A model generated the notes under the pieces. That model made no database searches. It saw only the letters and a list, made by a program, of their open reading frames with translations, and was not told where the DNA came from. The position numbers were made by a program, and so were the translations under genes. A DNA stretch of 33,433 nt from Candidatus Velamenicoccus archaeovorus (lineage in GTDB: Bacteria > Actinomycetota > UBA4738 > HRBIN12): positions 1-33,433 of the forward strand of contig JBHGAT010000007.1 of assembly GCA_041946645.1 (NCBI GenBank). The letters are read 5' to 3'. The number at the start of each line of letters is the position of its first letter. The first letter of the stretch is position 1. This document shows, piece after piece, positions 27,101 through 33,433 of the stretch.

Positions 27101-27668
27101 CGTCTATGAGCGGGCGCGCGTCGCCTACCAGAAGGCGTGTCCGATCGGTGAGCTCCTCGCGCGGCCGGAAGACAAGCACTTGGAGCTCAAGTCGACGCTC
27201 CGGTGGGACCTGGAGCGCGAGGAGAAGAGCCGGGTGGTCGAGTCCGCGACCATCAAGACGATCGCGGCGTTCCTGAATTCCGAGTCCGGCGGCACCCTGG
27301 TGATCGGGGTGGCGGACGACGGGGCCATCGTGGGTCTCGAGCACGATTACGCGACCTTGCACAAGCCCGGCAAGGGCGATGCGGACCGCTTCCTCCTCCA
27401 CCTGAACCAGCTGGTCGAGAACGCGGTCGGCCTGGCGGCGGCGACGAACGTCACGACGTCGATCCACCGCGTCGGTGACCACGACGTCTGCCGGGTCCAC
27501 GTGGAGCCGTCGGGTCACCCGGTCGAGGCTGAAGTCGCCGTCGCAGACCATCACGGACAGCTCCGCGCCGAACGGGTGTTCTACGTCCGGCTGAACAACG
27601 GGACGAAGGCGGTGGAGGATCCCCAGGAGCGCGAGCTGTACATCGCCGAGCGGTGGGGTCGCGCGTAG
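24159..27668 (+). CDS. hsdR: Type I restriction enzyme R subunit with C-terminal AlbA_2/Schlafen-type DNA-binding domain
   Basis: Starts at the ATG at 24159 (MKVTREIAFEDAIVEWL). Nuclease core is DLTLFVNGLPVATAELKNP, helicase motif I HSAGSGKSN, motif II VDEAHSSQ, and the helicase C region contains ILVVAEKFQTGFDQPLLHTMF. The last ~175 aa are EDKHLELKSTLRWDL...IKTIAAFLNSESGGTLVIGVADDGAIVGLE. Confidence 0.92.
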   Translation: MKVTREIAFEDAIVEWLIAEGGYTKGLPTHYDPAIALDTAELFTFIGATQPDEWEELVRRGGGDPDLAQRRFVERLARQIDERGTIDVLRHGVEDLGVGIHLASFRPASGLNPDLERKYEANRLTVIRQLHYAPEHANALDLTLFVNGLPVATAELKNPLTHQTVEHAMAQYRTDRDPRDALLGRRAVVHFAVDPDLVMMTTRLEGAATRFLPFNRGSDPGGTACGAGNPPNPDGYATSYLWEQVWERDAWLDILSRFVHVEPSKPGAKGRAARRDATIIFPRFHQWDAVRRLEAHAREHGPGRNYLVQHSAGSGKSNTIAWLAHRLASLHDPADRKVFDKVVVVTDRRVLDRQLQDTVYQFEHAHGVVKKVEESSKELAEALRSLEAKIVVTTLQKFPFVVEEVAELPERRYAVIVDEAHSSQTGETAQEMKKALAGVKVAEGEEGEIDPQDALDALVEASARARGPHENLSMFAFTATPKGKTLELFGERPDGDGRHRPFHLYSMRQAIEEGFIMDVLEHYTTYETYFRLARAGEEDPEVSVREASKAIARYVMLHPSVVEQKAAIVVEHVHRSTRRRIGGRAKAMVVCRSRLSAVRFKLAIDAYAREHGYGDLGTLVAFSGTVNDGGIDRTEPNMNGFPESQTAERFASDDYRILVVAEKFQTGFDQPLLHTMFVDKKLEGVNAVQTLSRLNRIHPDKEDTFVLDFVNDAEQIQRAFAPYYDVSVAFPSDPNELYDAWRELDRFGVVRSGDVEAFAREYFGGGDGAQRRLYALLDPARERFLELEEEDQEECRTWLKRFISRYGFVSQILPLADTAMEKRYAYCRLLQRRLPSQPSGSMDLGDQVRMTHLRVTKSGEHDLRLEKGEGVLRAFGEGGPGGYEELLAPLSELIQRLNERFGADLSEADRLHLEGIGADMAADPEVQQQAAANTRENFGIEFDKRFTDAVAARMHQAEELTIRILDRPEFREEVVRTLMPRVYERARVAYQKACPIGELLARPEDKHLELKSTLRWDLEREEKSRVVESATIKTIAAFLNSESGGTLVIGVADDGAIVGLEHDYATLHKPGKGDADRFLLHLNQLVENAVGLAAATNVTTSIHRVGDHDVCRVHVEPSGHPVEAEVAVADHHGQLRAERVFYVRLNNGTKAVEDPQERELYIAERWGRA

Positions 27669-27722
27669 TCACAGGCCCACACGGGAACGGTGAATCCGAC
27701 CGCCCTGATAGGATTTGCGCTG

Positions 27723-29042
27723 ATGAGGAGCGACCGAGCCAGGACCGGGTTCGACGAGGAGGCGCTGGGCGCGCTGCCGCGCTCGGCGCCGTTCGTGGAC
27801 CCGCTGCGCAAGCAGGCGTTCGAGGAGTTCCTGGCCCTCCCGATCCCCTCGCAGGAGACCGAGGAGTGGCGGTACACGGACCTGGAGGGGTTCTCGTTCG
27901 ATCTCGCGCCGTTCGCCGAGGGCGGGCGGGCCGAGAACCTGGACGAGGTGCCGGAAGAGATCCTCGAGGCGGCCGGCGTGGTGGGCGAGCGGGCCGGCAT
28001 GCAGATCCAGCGGAACTCGGAGGTCATGGTCACGCACCTCGACCCCGGGCTGGCCGAGCGGGGCGTGTGGTTCGGCGACCTGGACCGGGCGGCGCTCGAG
28101 CGGCCCGAGCTGGTCGAGCCGGTCCTCCACGGCCTGGTGGCGACCGATCGGTCCAAGTTCACCGCGCTCCACGCGGCCTTCCGCACCGGCGGCACGTTCC
28201 TCTACGTCCCGGCCGGCGTCGAGGTGGAGGTGCCCCTCCAGGCCATCACGTGGCTCGATGCGGACGGCGCCGCCGTGTTCCCCCGGACGCTGCTGGTCGC
28301 CGAGCAGGGCGCCGAGATCACGTTCATCGACCGCTACGCCTCCCCCGACCTCGAGCGGGCGCTCTCGGACGCGGTGGTCGAGATCTACGCCGGTCCGAGC
28401 TCGCGCGTGCGGTACGTCGCGATCCAGGAGTGGGGCACGGGGGTGACGCACCTGTCCGTCCAGCGGGCACGGGTGGACGAGGGCGCTCGCCTCAAGACCC
28501 TGGGGGTCGCGTTCGGCGGCTCGCTGGCCCGGGCCGAGATCGAGAGCGAGCTGGCCGGCGACGGCGGTGCCAGCGAGATGCTCGGCCTGTACTTCGGCGA
28601 CGCCGAGCAGCACATCGACCATCGGTCGATCCAGGATCACCTGGGTTCGCGGACCTCCAGCGACCTCCTCTACAAGGGCGCGATGAAGGGCCGCTCGAAC
28701 GCGATCTACACGGGGACGGTGATCATCCGGCCGGGCGCGCACCTGTGCGACGCCTACCAGACCAACCGGAACATCCTGCTGTCCGAGACGGCCCGAGCAC
28801 ACTCGGTGCCCAACCTGGAGATCCTCACCAACGACCCCACCCGCTGCGGCCACGCCGCGAGCGTCGGCCCGGTGGGCGAGGACGAGCTCTTCTACCTGAT
28901 GAGCCGGGGCATCACCCGTGAAGAGGCCGAGCGGCTGATCCTGTTCGGCTTCTTCCAGGAGGTGCTCGACCGGGTCGAGCTGGACGAGATCCGCCAGGGC
29001 CTCGAGCGCACGATCGAGGCCGAGCTGGCGGGGGAGGGCTGA
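27723..29042 (+). CDS. sufD: Fe-S cluster assembly protein SufD
   Basis: The ORF spans 27690..29042. The ATG at 27723 is preferred because AGGA lies 8 nt upstream. SufD hallmarks are QETEEWRYTDL, AFRTGGTFLYVPAGVEVEVPLQ, and [24 protein letters not shown]. Confidence 0.9.
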   Translation: MRSDRARTGFDEEALGALPRSAPFVDPLRKQAFEEFLALPIPSQETEEWRYTDLEGFSFDLAPFAEGGRAENLDEVPEEILEAAGVVGERAGMQIQRNSEVMVTHLDPGLAERGVWFGDLDRAALERPELVEPVLHGLVATDRSKFTALHAAFRTGGTFLYVPAGVEVEVPLQAITWLDADGAAVFPRTLLVAEQGAEITFIDRYASPDLERALSDAVVEIYAGPSSRVRYVAIQEWGTGVTHLSVQRARVDEGARLKTLGVAFGGSLARAEIESELAGDGGASEMLGLYFGDAEQHIDHRSIQDHLGSRTSSDLLYKGAMKGRSNAIYTGTVIIRPGAHLCDAYQTNRNILLSETARAHSVPNLEILTNDPTRCGHAASVGPVGEDELFYLMSRGITREEAERLILFGFFQEVLDRVELDEIRQGLERTIEAELAGEG

Positions 29043-29044
29043 GC

Positions 29045-29371
29045 GTGGCACTGGTGCGGATCTGCTCCGTGGGTGACGTGCCGGCCGGCGAGGTCCGGCG
29101 GTTCGAGGTCGACCACCGCCCGGTCGCGGTGGTGAACCTGGGCGAAGAGGGCTTCCGTGCCCTCGACGCCATCTGCTCGCACGCGCACTACTTCCTGGAC
29201 GAGGGCGAGGTCGACGTGGACCTGGGGACGATCGAGTGCCCCAAGCACGGCTCGACGTTCGACCTCGATACCGGCAAGCCCCGCACGCTGCCCGCCACGG
29301 CGCCGGTGGACGTGTTCCCGGTGAAGGTGGAAGACGACGACGTGCTGATCGAGATCGGGGAGAACGCATGA
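29045..29371 (+). CDS. Rieske [2Fe-2S] ferredoxin-like protein of the suf operon
   Basis: 108-aa ORF with Rieske ligand motifs CSHAH and CPKHG. Its position between sufD and sufC is usual for actinobacterial suf operons. Confidence 0.88.
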   Translation: MALVRICSVGDVPAGEVRRFEVDHRPVAVVNLGEEGFRALDAICSHAHYFLDEGEVDVDLGTIECPKHGSTFDLDTGKPRTLPATAPVDVFPVKVEDDDVLIEIGENA

Positions 29372-30156
29372 GCGACACGGCGGTGGCCACGGCCACGCTC
29401 GAGATCCGGGGCCTCCGGGCCTCCGTGGAGGGCAAGGAGATCCTCAAGGGCATCGACCTCGTGGTGAAGCAGGGCGAGACCCACGCCCTGATGGGCCCCA
29501 ACGGCTCGGGCAAGTCCACGCTGGCCAACGTGCTGATGGGCCGGCCCGGCTACCAGCTCCTCGAGGGCGAGGTCCTCTTCAAGGGCGAGGACATCACCGG
29601 ACTGGCGGCCGACAAGCGGGCCCAGCGCGGCCTGTTCCTGGCCATGCAGTACCCGGTCGAGATCCCCGGGGTCTCGGTCGTGAACTTCCTGCGGACCGCC
29701 TACAGGTCGGTCAAGGGCGACGAGATCTCGGCGCTCGCGTTCCGCAAGCACATGAAGGAGAAGATGAACCTGCTCGGCGTGGACGACTCGATGGTCCAGC
29801 GCTACGTCAACCAGGGCTTCTCCGGCGGCGAGAAGAAGCGGAACGAGATCCTCCAGCTCGCGGTGCTCGAGCCCGACATCGCCGTGCTCGACGAGACCGA
29901 CTCGGGGCTCGATATCGACTCGCTGAAGCAGGTGGCGACCGGCGTGGCCCAGCTGATCGGGCCGAGCCTGGGGGTCCTGCTGATCACCCACTACCAGCGG
30001 ATCCTGAACTACATCACCCCGGACTTCGTCCACGTCATGATGGGTGGGCGTATCGTCGAGTCGGGCGGCAAGGAGCTGGCGCAGGAGCTCGAGGAGAAGG
30101 GGTACGAGGGCATCCGGGCCGAGCTCGGTCTGGAGGCGGACGCGGACGAGGCGTGA
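29368..30156 (+). CDS. sufC: Fe-S cluster assembly ATPase SufC
   Basis: The ATG at 29368 overlaps the Rieske TGA (ATGA). Walker A GPNGSGKST, signature FSGGEKKRNEI, Walker B IAVLDETDSGLD and H-loop ITHY are present. Confidence 0.95.
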   Translation: MSDTAVATATLEIRGLRASVEGKEILKGIDLVVKQGETHALMGPNGSGKSTLANVLMGRPGYQLLEGEVLFKGEDITGLAADKRAQRGLFLAMQYPVEIPGVSVVNFLRTAYRSVKGDEISALAFRKHMKEKMNLLGVDDSMVQRYVNQGFSGGEKKRNEILQLAVLEPDIAVLDETDSGLDIDSLKQVATGVAQLIGPSLGVLLITHYQRILNYITPDFVHVMMGGRIVESGGKELAQELEEKGYEGIRAELGLEADADEA

Positions 30157-30177
30157 GATGAGGAGGGGAACGATCCG

Positions 30178-31428
30178 ATGTCGGTGACCCAGGAGCGCTC
30201 GGCAGGTCTGGACGTTGCCCGCGTCCGCCAGGACTTCCCGATCCTGGCCCGCAGGATCGGCGGCAAGCCCCTCGTCTACCTCGACAGCACCAACACCGCC
30301 CAGCGCCCGCGCCAGGTGATCGACGCCGAGCGCGAGTTCTACGAGCAGCACAACGCCAACGCCCACCGGGCGATCTACTTCCTCGGCGAGGAGGCCACCG
30401 ATCTCTACGAGGGCGCCCGGGCCGCGACCGCCCGGTTCCTGGGTGCGTCCGAGCCCGAGACGATCGTGTTCACCCGGGGGACGACCGAGTCGATCAACCT
30501 GGTCGCCCACGCCTGGGGGCGGAAGTTCCTGAAGGAAGGGGACGAGATCCTCCTCACCGAGATGGAGCACCACTCGGACATCGTGCCCTGGCAGTTCGCC
30601 GCTCGGGACACGGGCGCGGTCCTCCGCTACATCGGCCTCACCGACGAGGGCCTGCTGGACCTGTCGAACCTCGAGCAGCTGCTCACCGAGCGCACGAGGA
30701 TCCTCTGCGTGACCGGGATGTCCAACTCGCTCGGCACGATCACCCCGCTCCCGCAGCTGATCGGGGCCGCCCACGCCGTGGGGGCGCTCGCGCTGGTGGA
30801 CGGCGCGCAGCTGGTGCCGCACCGGGGGGCCGACGTCACGGCGCTCGACTGCGACTTCCTGGCCTTCAGCGGCCACAAGATGCTCGGCCCCACCGCCTCG
30901 GGGGGGCTGTACGGCAAGCGCGAGCTCCTCGAGGCGATGGACCCGTTCCTCGGCGGCGGCGAGATGATCAACGAGGTCTTCCCCGACCACTCCACCTTCA
31001 ACGACGTGCCCTGGAAGTTCGAGGCCGGCACGATGAACGTGGCGCAGGAGGTCGCGTTCGGGACGGCCATCGACTACCTGGAGGGCCTGGGGATGGGCAA
31101 CGTGGCGGCCCATGAGGAGGAGATCACCGCGTACGCGCTCCGTCGCCTCCAGGAGGCCGGGGCCACCGTGTTCGGCCCCACCGACGTGGCGGTCCGGGGC
31201 GGCGTGGTGTCCTTCTGGTACCGGGACGTCCATCCGCACGACCTGGCCACGATCCTCAACGAGGAGGGCGTGGCGATCCGGGCCGGGCACCACTGCAACC
31301 AGCTGGTGATGCGCCGGTACGGCGTGCCGGCCACGGCCCGAGCCAGCTTCTACGTCTACAACACCCTCGAGGAGGTCGACGTCCTGGTGGCCGCCCTGGA
31401 GCGGGCGGAAGACGTGTTCGGCTCCTAG
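30178..31428 (+). CDS. sufS: Cysteine desulfurase SufS (class V aminotransferase, group II)
   Basis: 416-aa ORF with PLP-lysine context FSGHKMLGPT, active-site cysteine loop RAGHHCNQ, and YLDSTNTAQRP at the N-terminus. Confidence 0.93.
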   Translation: MSVTQERSAGLDVARVRQDFPILARRIGGKPLVYLDSTNTAQRPRQVIDAEREFYEQHNANAHRAIYFLGEEATDLYEGARAATARFLGASEPETIVFTRGTTESINLVAHAWGRKFLKEGDEILLTEMEHHSDIVPWQFAARDTGAVLRYIGLTDEGLLDLSNLEQLLTERTRILCVTGMSNSLGTITPLPQLIGAAHAVGALALVDGAQLVPHRGADVTALDCDFLAFSGHKMLGPTASGGLYGKRELLEAMDPFLGGGEMINEVFPDHSTFNDVPWKFEAGTMNVAQEVAFGTAIDYLEGLGMGNVAAHEEEITAYALRRLQEAGATVFGPTDVAVRGGVVSFWYRDVHPHDLATILNEEGVAIRAGHHCNQLVMRRYGVPATARASFYVYNTLEEVDVLVAALERAEDVFGS

Positions 31429-31464
31429 CATTGGTACCGTAGGGCCGGCCGGCGGAGGGACGAC

Positions 31465-31800
31465 GTGGCGCTCGACGACATCTACAAGGAAGTCATCCTC
31501 GACCACTACAAGAACCCCCGGAAGGGCCAGGGATGCTCGATCTCCCAGAGCTCGGCGTCGATGATGACCGAGGCCGTGACCGGCAAGACCGTCGATCAGG
31601 CCGGCGAGATGATCCGCGGGTTCCGCGGCATGATGGCCGGCGAGGTGGACCCGAGCGAGGACGACTTCGGCGACCTCGTCGCGCTCAAGGGCGTCGTGAA
31701 GTACCCCATCCGGATCAAGTGCGCCGTCCTGGCCTGGGACGTGCTCCAGGAGGCCCTGGGGGCCGAGCAGGGGCAGGCCGCCGGCGCGGCCGCCCACTGA
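31465..31800 (+). CDS. sufU: SufU-type sulfur-transfer protein with an in-frame ~40-aa internal deletion
   Basis: 111-aa ORF (GTG start). IYKEVILDHYKNPRKG runs directly into QGCSISQSSASMMTE, then PIRIKCAVLAW. The segment containing the conserved NPxCGD motif is absent. Confidence 0.8.
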   Translation: MALDDIYKEVILDHYKNPRKGQGCSISQSSASMMTEAVTGKTVDQAGEMIRGFRGMMAGEVDPSEDDFGDLVALKGVVKYPIRIKCAVLAWDVLQEALGAEQGQAAGAAAH

Positions 31801-31853
31801 CCGGGACGGGCGACCGGGAGCGACGCGCGTCGGCGGCCGGTAGGCTTCCGGCC

Positions 31854-33433
31854 GTGCGGGGCAGGGCGGTCATCGGGGGTGGGGCGCTGGCGGCCGCGGC
31901 GGTCCTGGTCGTGTGGATGGCCTCGTCGGGGGCGCCGTCGGCTCGGGCGCAGGCGGTCGAGCGCATCCTCCGCTACGACGTGACGATCCACGTGGATCGC
32001 GACGACTCGGTCGTGGTCCGGGAGACGATCGTCTACGACTTCGGCTCCGAGCCCCGGCACGGGATCTTCCGCGACGTCCCGACGACGCTCCGGTACGACG
32101 ACACGTTCGACCGGGTGTACCCGCTCACGGTCATGTCCGTGACCGGATCGCCGGGGACCCCGGTCGGATACACGACCGACGGCGTCGAGGGAGGCAAGAC
32201 CCGGGTCAAGATCGGGGATCCCGACCGGACGATCACGGGGCGGCACACCTACGTGCTCACGTATCGGATCGAGCACGCCCTGAACGGCTTCCCCGACCAC
32301 GACGAGCTGTACTGGAACGCGATCGGGCCCGAGTGGCAGGTGACGATCGAGCGGGCCACGGTGCGCGTGGACGCGCCGGGCGCGATCGAGCGGATCGCCT
32401 GCTTCTCCGGTCCCACCGGCTCCACCCTGCCCTGCGGCGCGGCCAGGCTCCACGGGGGCGTGGCCCGGTTCGGCCAGGACCAACTCTTCCCGTACCAGTC
32501 CCTCACGGTGGTGGTCGGCCTGCCCAAGGGTGTCGTGGCCCCGCCCCACCCACTGCTCGAGGAGCGGTGGTCGCTCCGGCGGGCCTTCCGGGTGGACCCC
32601 CCGATCGTCGCGGGGTCGGCGGCCCTGCTGGTCGCGGTGCTGGTGGGCCTGGGGGCCCTCCTGTGGCGCACCGGTCGGGATCGCCGGTTCATCGGGTCCG
32701 AGGTGGACGTGGTGATGGGCGCACCGAAGGGCACGCCCGACCGCGCGGTCCCGCTGTTCGAAGGGGGGGCGGCGCCGGTCGAGTTCGCCCCGCCCGAGGA
32801 CCTCCGGCCGGGCCAGATGGGCACCCTGCTGGACGAGGCGGCCAACCCCCTGGACGTGACGGCCACGATCGTCGACCTCGCCGTGCGGGGCTACCTGGTG
32901 ATCGAGGAGATCCCCAAGGAGCACTGGTGGGGCAAGCCCGACTGGACGCTGCGGCGCAAGGCTCCGGCCGACGAGGCGCTCCTGGCGTACGAGCGCTCGC
33001 TGCTGACCGGGCTGTTCGAGGGCGGGGACGAGGTCCGGCTGTCGTCGCTCAAGGCCCGGTTCGTGGACCGGCTCCGCAAGGTCCAGGACGCCCTGTACCG
33101 GGACGCCGCGGCCGAGGGCTGGTTCGTGGGACGTCCCGACACGGTGCGGGCGCGATGGCGCGCGCTGGGGATCGGCACACTCGTCGTGGCGGGTGGGCTC
33201 GAGTTCGCCGCCGTGCGGTGGACGCATCTGGGGTGGGTGCCGGTGCCCGTGGTGCTCGGCGCGCTCCTGCTCACGATCGGCGCCGGGCGGATGCCCCGCA
33301 GGACGCCCAAGGGGACCGGGCTGGTGCGCAGGGTCAAGGGGTTCCGGACGGTCATCGCCACCGCCGAGACCCACATGGCCCGGTGGGCCGAGCAGGAGAA
33401 CGTGTTCACGCGGTACCTGCCGTACGCGATCGT
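31854..33433 (+). CDS. DUF2207-family membrane protein (partial, continues past the right window edge)
   Basis: The frame is open from the GTG at 31854 to the window end. There is an N-terminal signal/TM segment (GGGALAAAAVLVVWMA). The DUF2207-like segment is ILRYDVTIHVDRDDSVVVRETIVYDFGSEPRHGIFRDVP...HTYVLTYRIEHAL...DELYWNAIG, with later TM segments. Confidence 0.8.
   Translation, partial: MRGRAVIGGGALAAAAVLVVWMASSGAPSARAQAVERILRYDVTIHVDRDDSVVVRETIVYDFGSEPRHGIFRDVPTTLRYDDTFDRVYPLTVMSVTGSPGTPVGYTTDGVEGGKTRVKIGDPDRTITGRHTYVLTYRIEHALNGFPDHDELYWNAIGPEWQVTIERATVRVDAPGAIERIACFSGPTGSTLPCGAARLHGGVARFGQDQLFPYQSLTVVVGLPKGVVAPPHPLLEERWSLRRAFRVDPPIVAGSAALLVAVLVGLGALLWRTGRDRRFIGSEVDVVMGAPKGTPDRAVPLFEGGAAPVEFAPPEDLRPGQMGTLLDEAANPLDVTATIVDLAVRGYLVIEEIPKEHWWGKPDWTLRRKAPADEALLAYERSLLTGLFEGGDEVRLSSLKARFVDRLRKVQDALYRDAAAEGWFVGRPDTVRARWRALGIGTLVVAGGLEFAAVRWTHLGWVPVPVVLGALLLTIGAGRMPRRTPKGTGLVRRVKGFRTVIATAETHMARWAEQENVFTRYLPYAI

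Larger units (their letters stand above)
13522..27689. other. Accessory / defence block inserted between sufB and sufD
   Basis: It is bounded by the sufB stop (13521) and the sufD start (27690/27723). The content is unrelated to Fe-S assembly (HNH, comM fragment, type I R-M, TA modules, dcd-like). A/T-ending codons are visibly more frequent between ~17.3 and 21.7 kb. No integrase or flanking direct repeats were seen. Confidence 0.55.

Noticed and set aside
23655-27554. 1299-aa ORF on the minus strand
   Set aside because: It is entirely antisense to hsdR, which has unambiguous nuclease and helicase motifs. The translation is Arg/Gly/Pro/Val-rich with no motifs, a typical high-GC antisense open frame.
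13522-27689. Calling the block an integrative mobile element or prophage remnant
   Set aside because: No integrase, recombinase, transposase, tRNA attachment site, terminal inverted repeats or flanking direct repeats could be found by eye. It is therefore reported only as an accessory block.
29045-29371. Rieske ferredoxin gene between sufD and sufC as an anomaly
   Set aside because: This arrangement is the normal one in actinobacterial suf operons, so it is not novel.
29188-31797. 869-aa ORF on the minus strand
   Set aside because: It is antisense to sufC, sufS and sufU, all of which have strong family signatures. It has low-complexity Arg/Gly/Pro composition.

Overview
High-GC (roughly 70% by eye) actinobacterial-type chromosomal segment. 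The left third holds a minus-strand 2-oxoacid dehydrogenase operon (lpd, E1 alpha, E1 beta, start of E2) and a lipoprotein gene. It also holds a cobalamin riboswitch driving a BtuF/BtuC-type ABC importer whose ATPase gene lacks its Walker A half. Next come a REC-histidine kinase / NarL-type regulator pair, a DUF59 (SufT-like) gene, and a rhodanese / beta-carbonic anhydrase pair behind a long structured leader. The remainder is a suf Fe-S assembly operon (sufB ... sufD, Rieske, sufC, sufS, sufU) followed by a DUF2207 membrane protein. This operon is split exactly between sufB and sufD by a ~14.2 kb accessory block (13.5-27.7 kb). The block starts with a DUF222-HNH endonuclease translationally coupled to a comM/yifB N-terminal fragment. 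The rest is a type I R-M system whose hsdM-hsdS and hsdR are pulled 5.6 kb apart by embedded cargo. The cargo is a large ORF with a C-terminal Rx4H (HEPN-like) motif, an HTH-ImmA/IrrE + DUF4411 (PIN-like) pair, an RHH + PIN toxin-antitoxin pair, and a long-form dCTP-deaminase-like gene preceded by a small membrane-anchored protein built from 21-bp (heptad) tandem repeats. HsdR itself carries a C-terminal AlbA_2/Schlafen-type domain. The best candidates for undescribed biology are the R-M-embedded HEPN-like gene and the coiled-coil/dCTP-deaminase pair. Three conserved genes (ABC ATPase, sufB, sufU) show clean ORF-preserving losses of conserved segments. No tRNA, rRNA, CRISPR array, integrase or transposase was recognised. 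All family assignments come from motif recognition by eye, and no database search was run.
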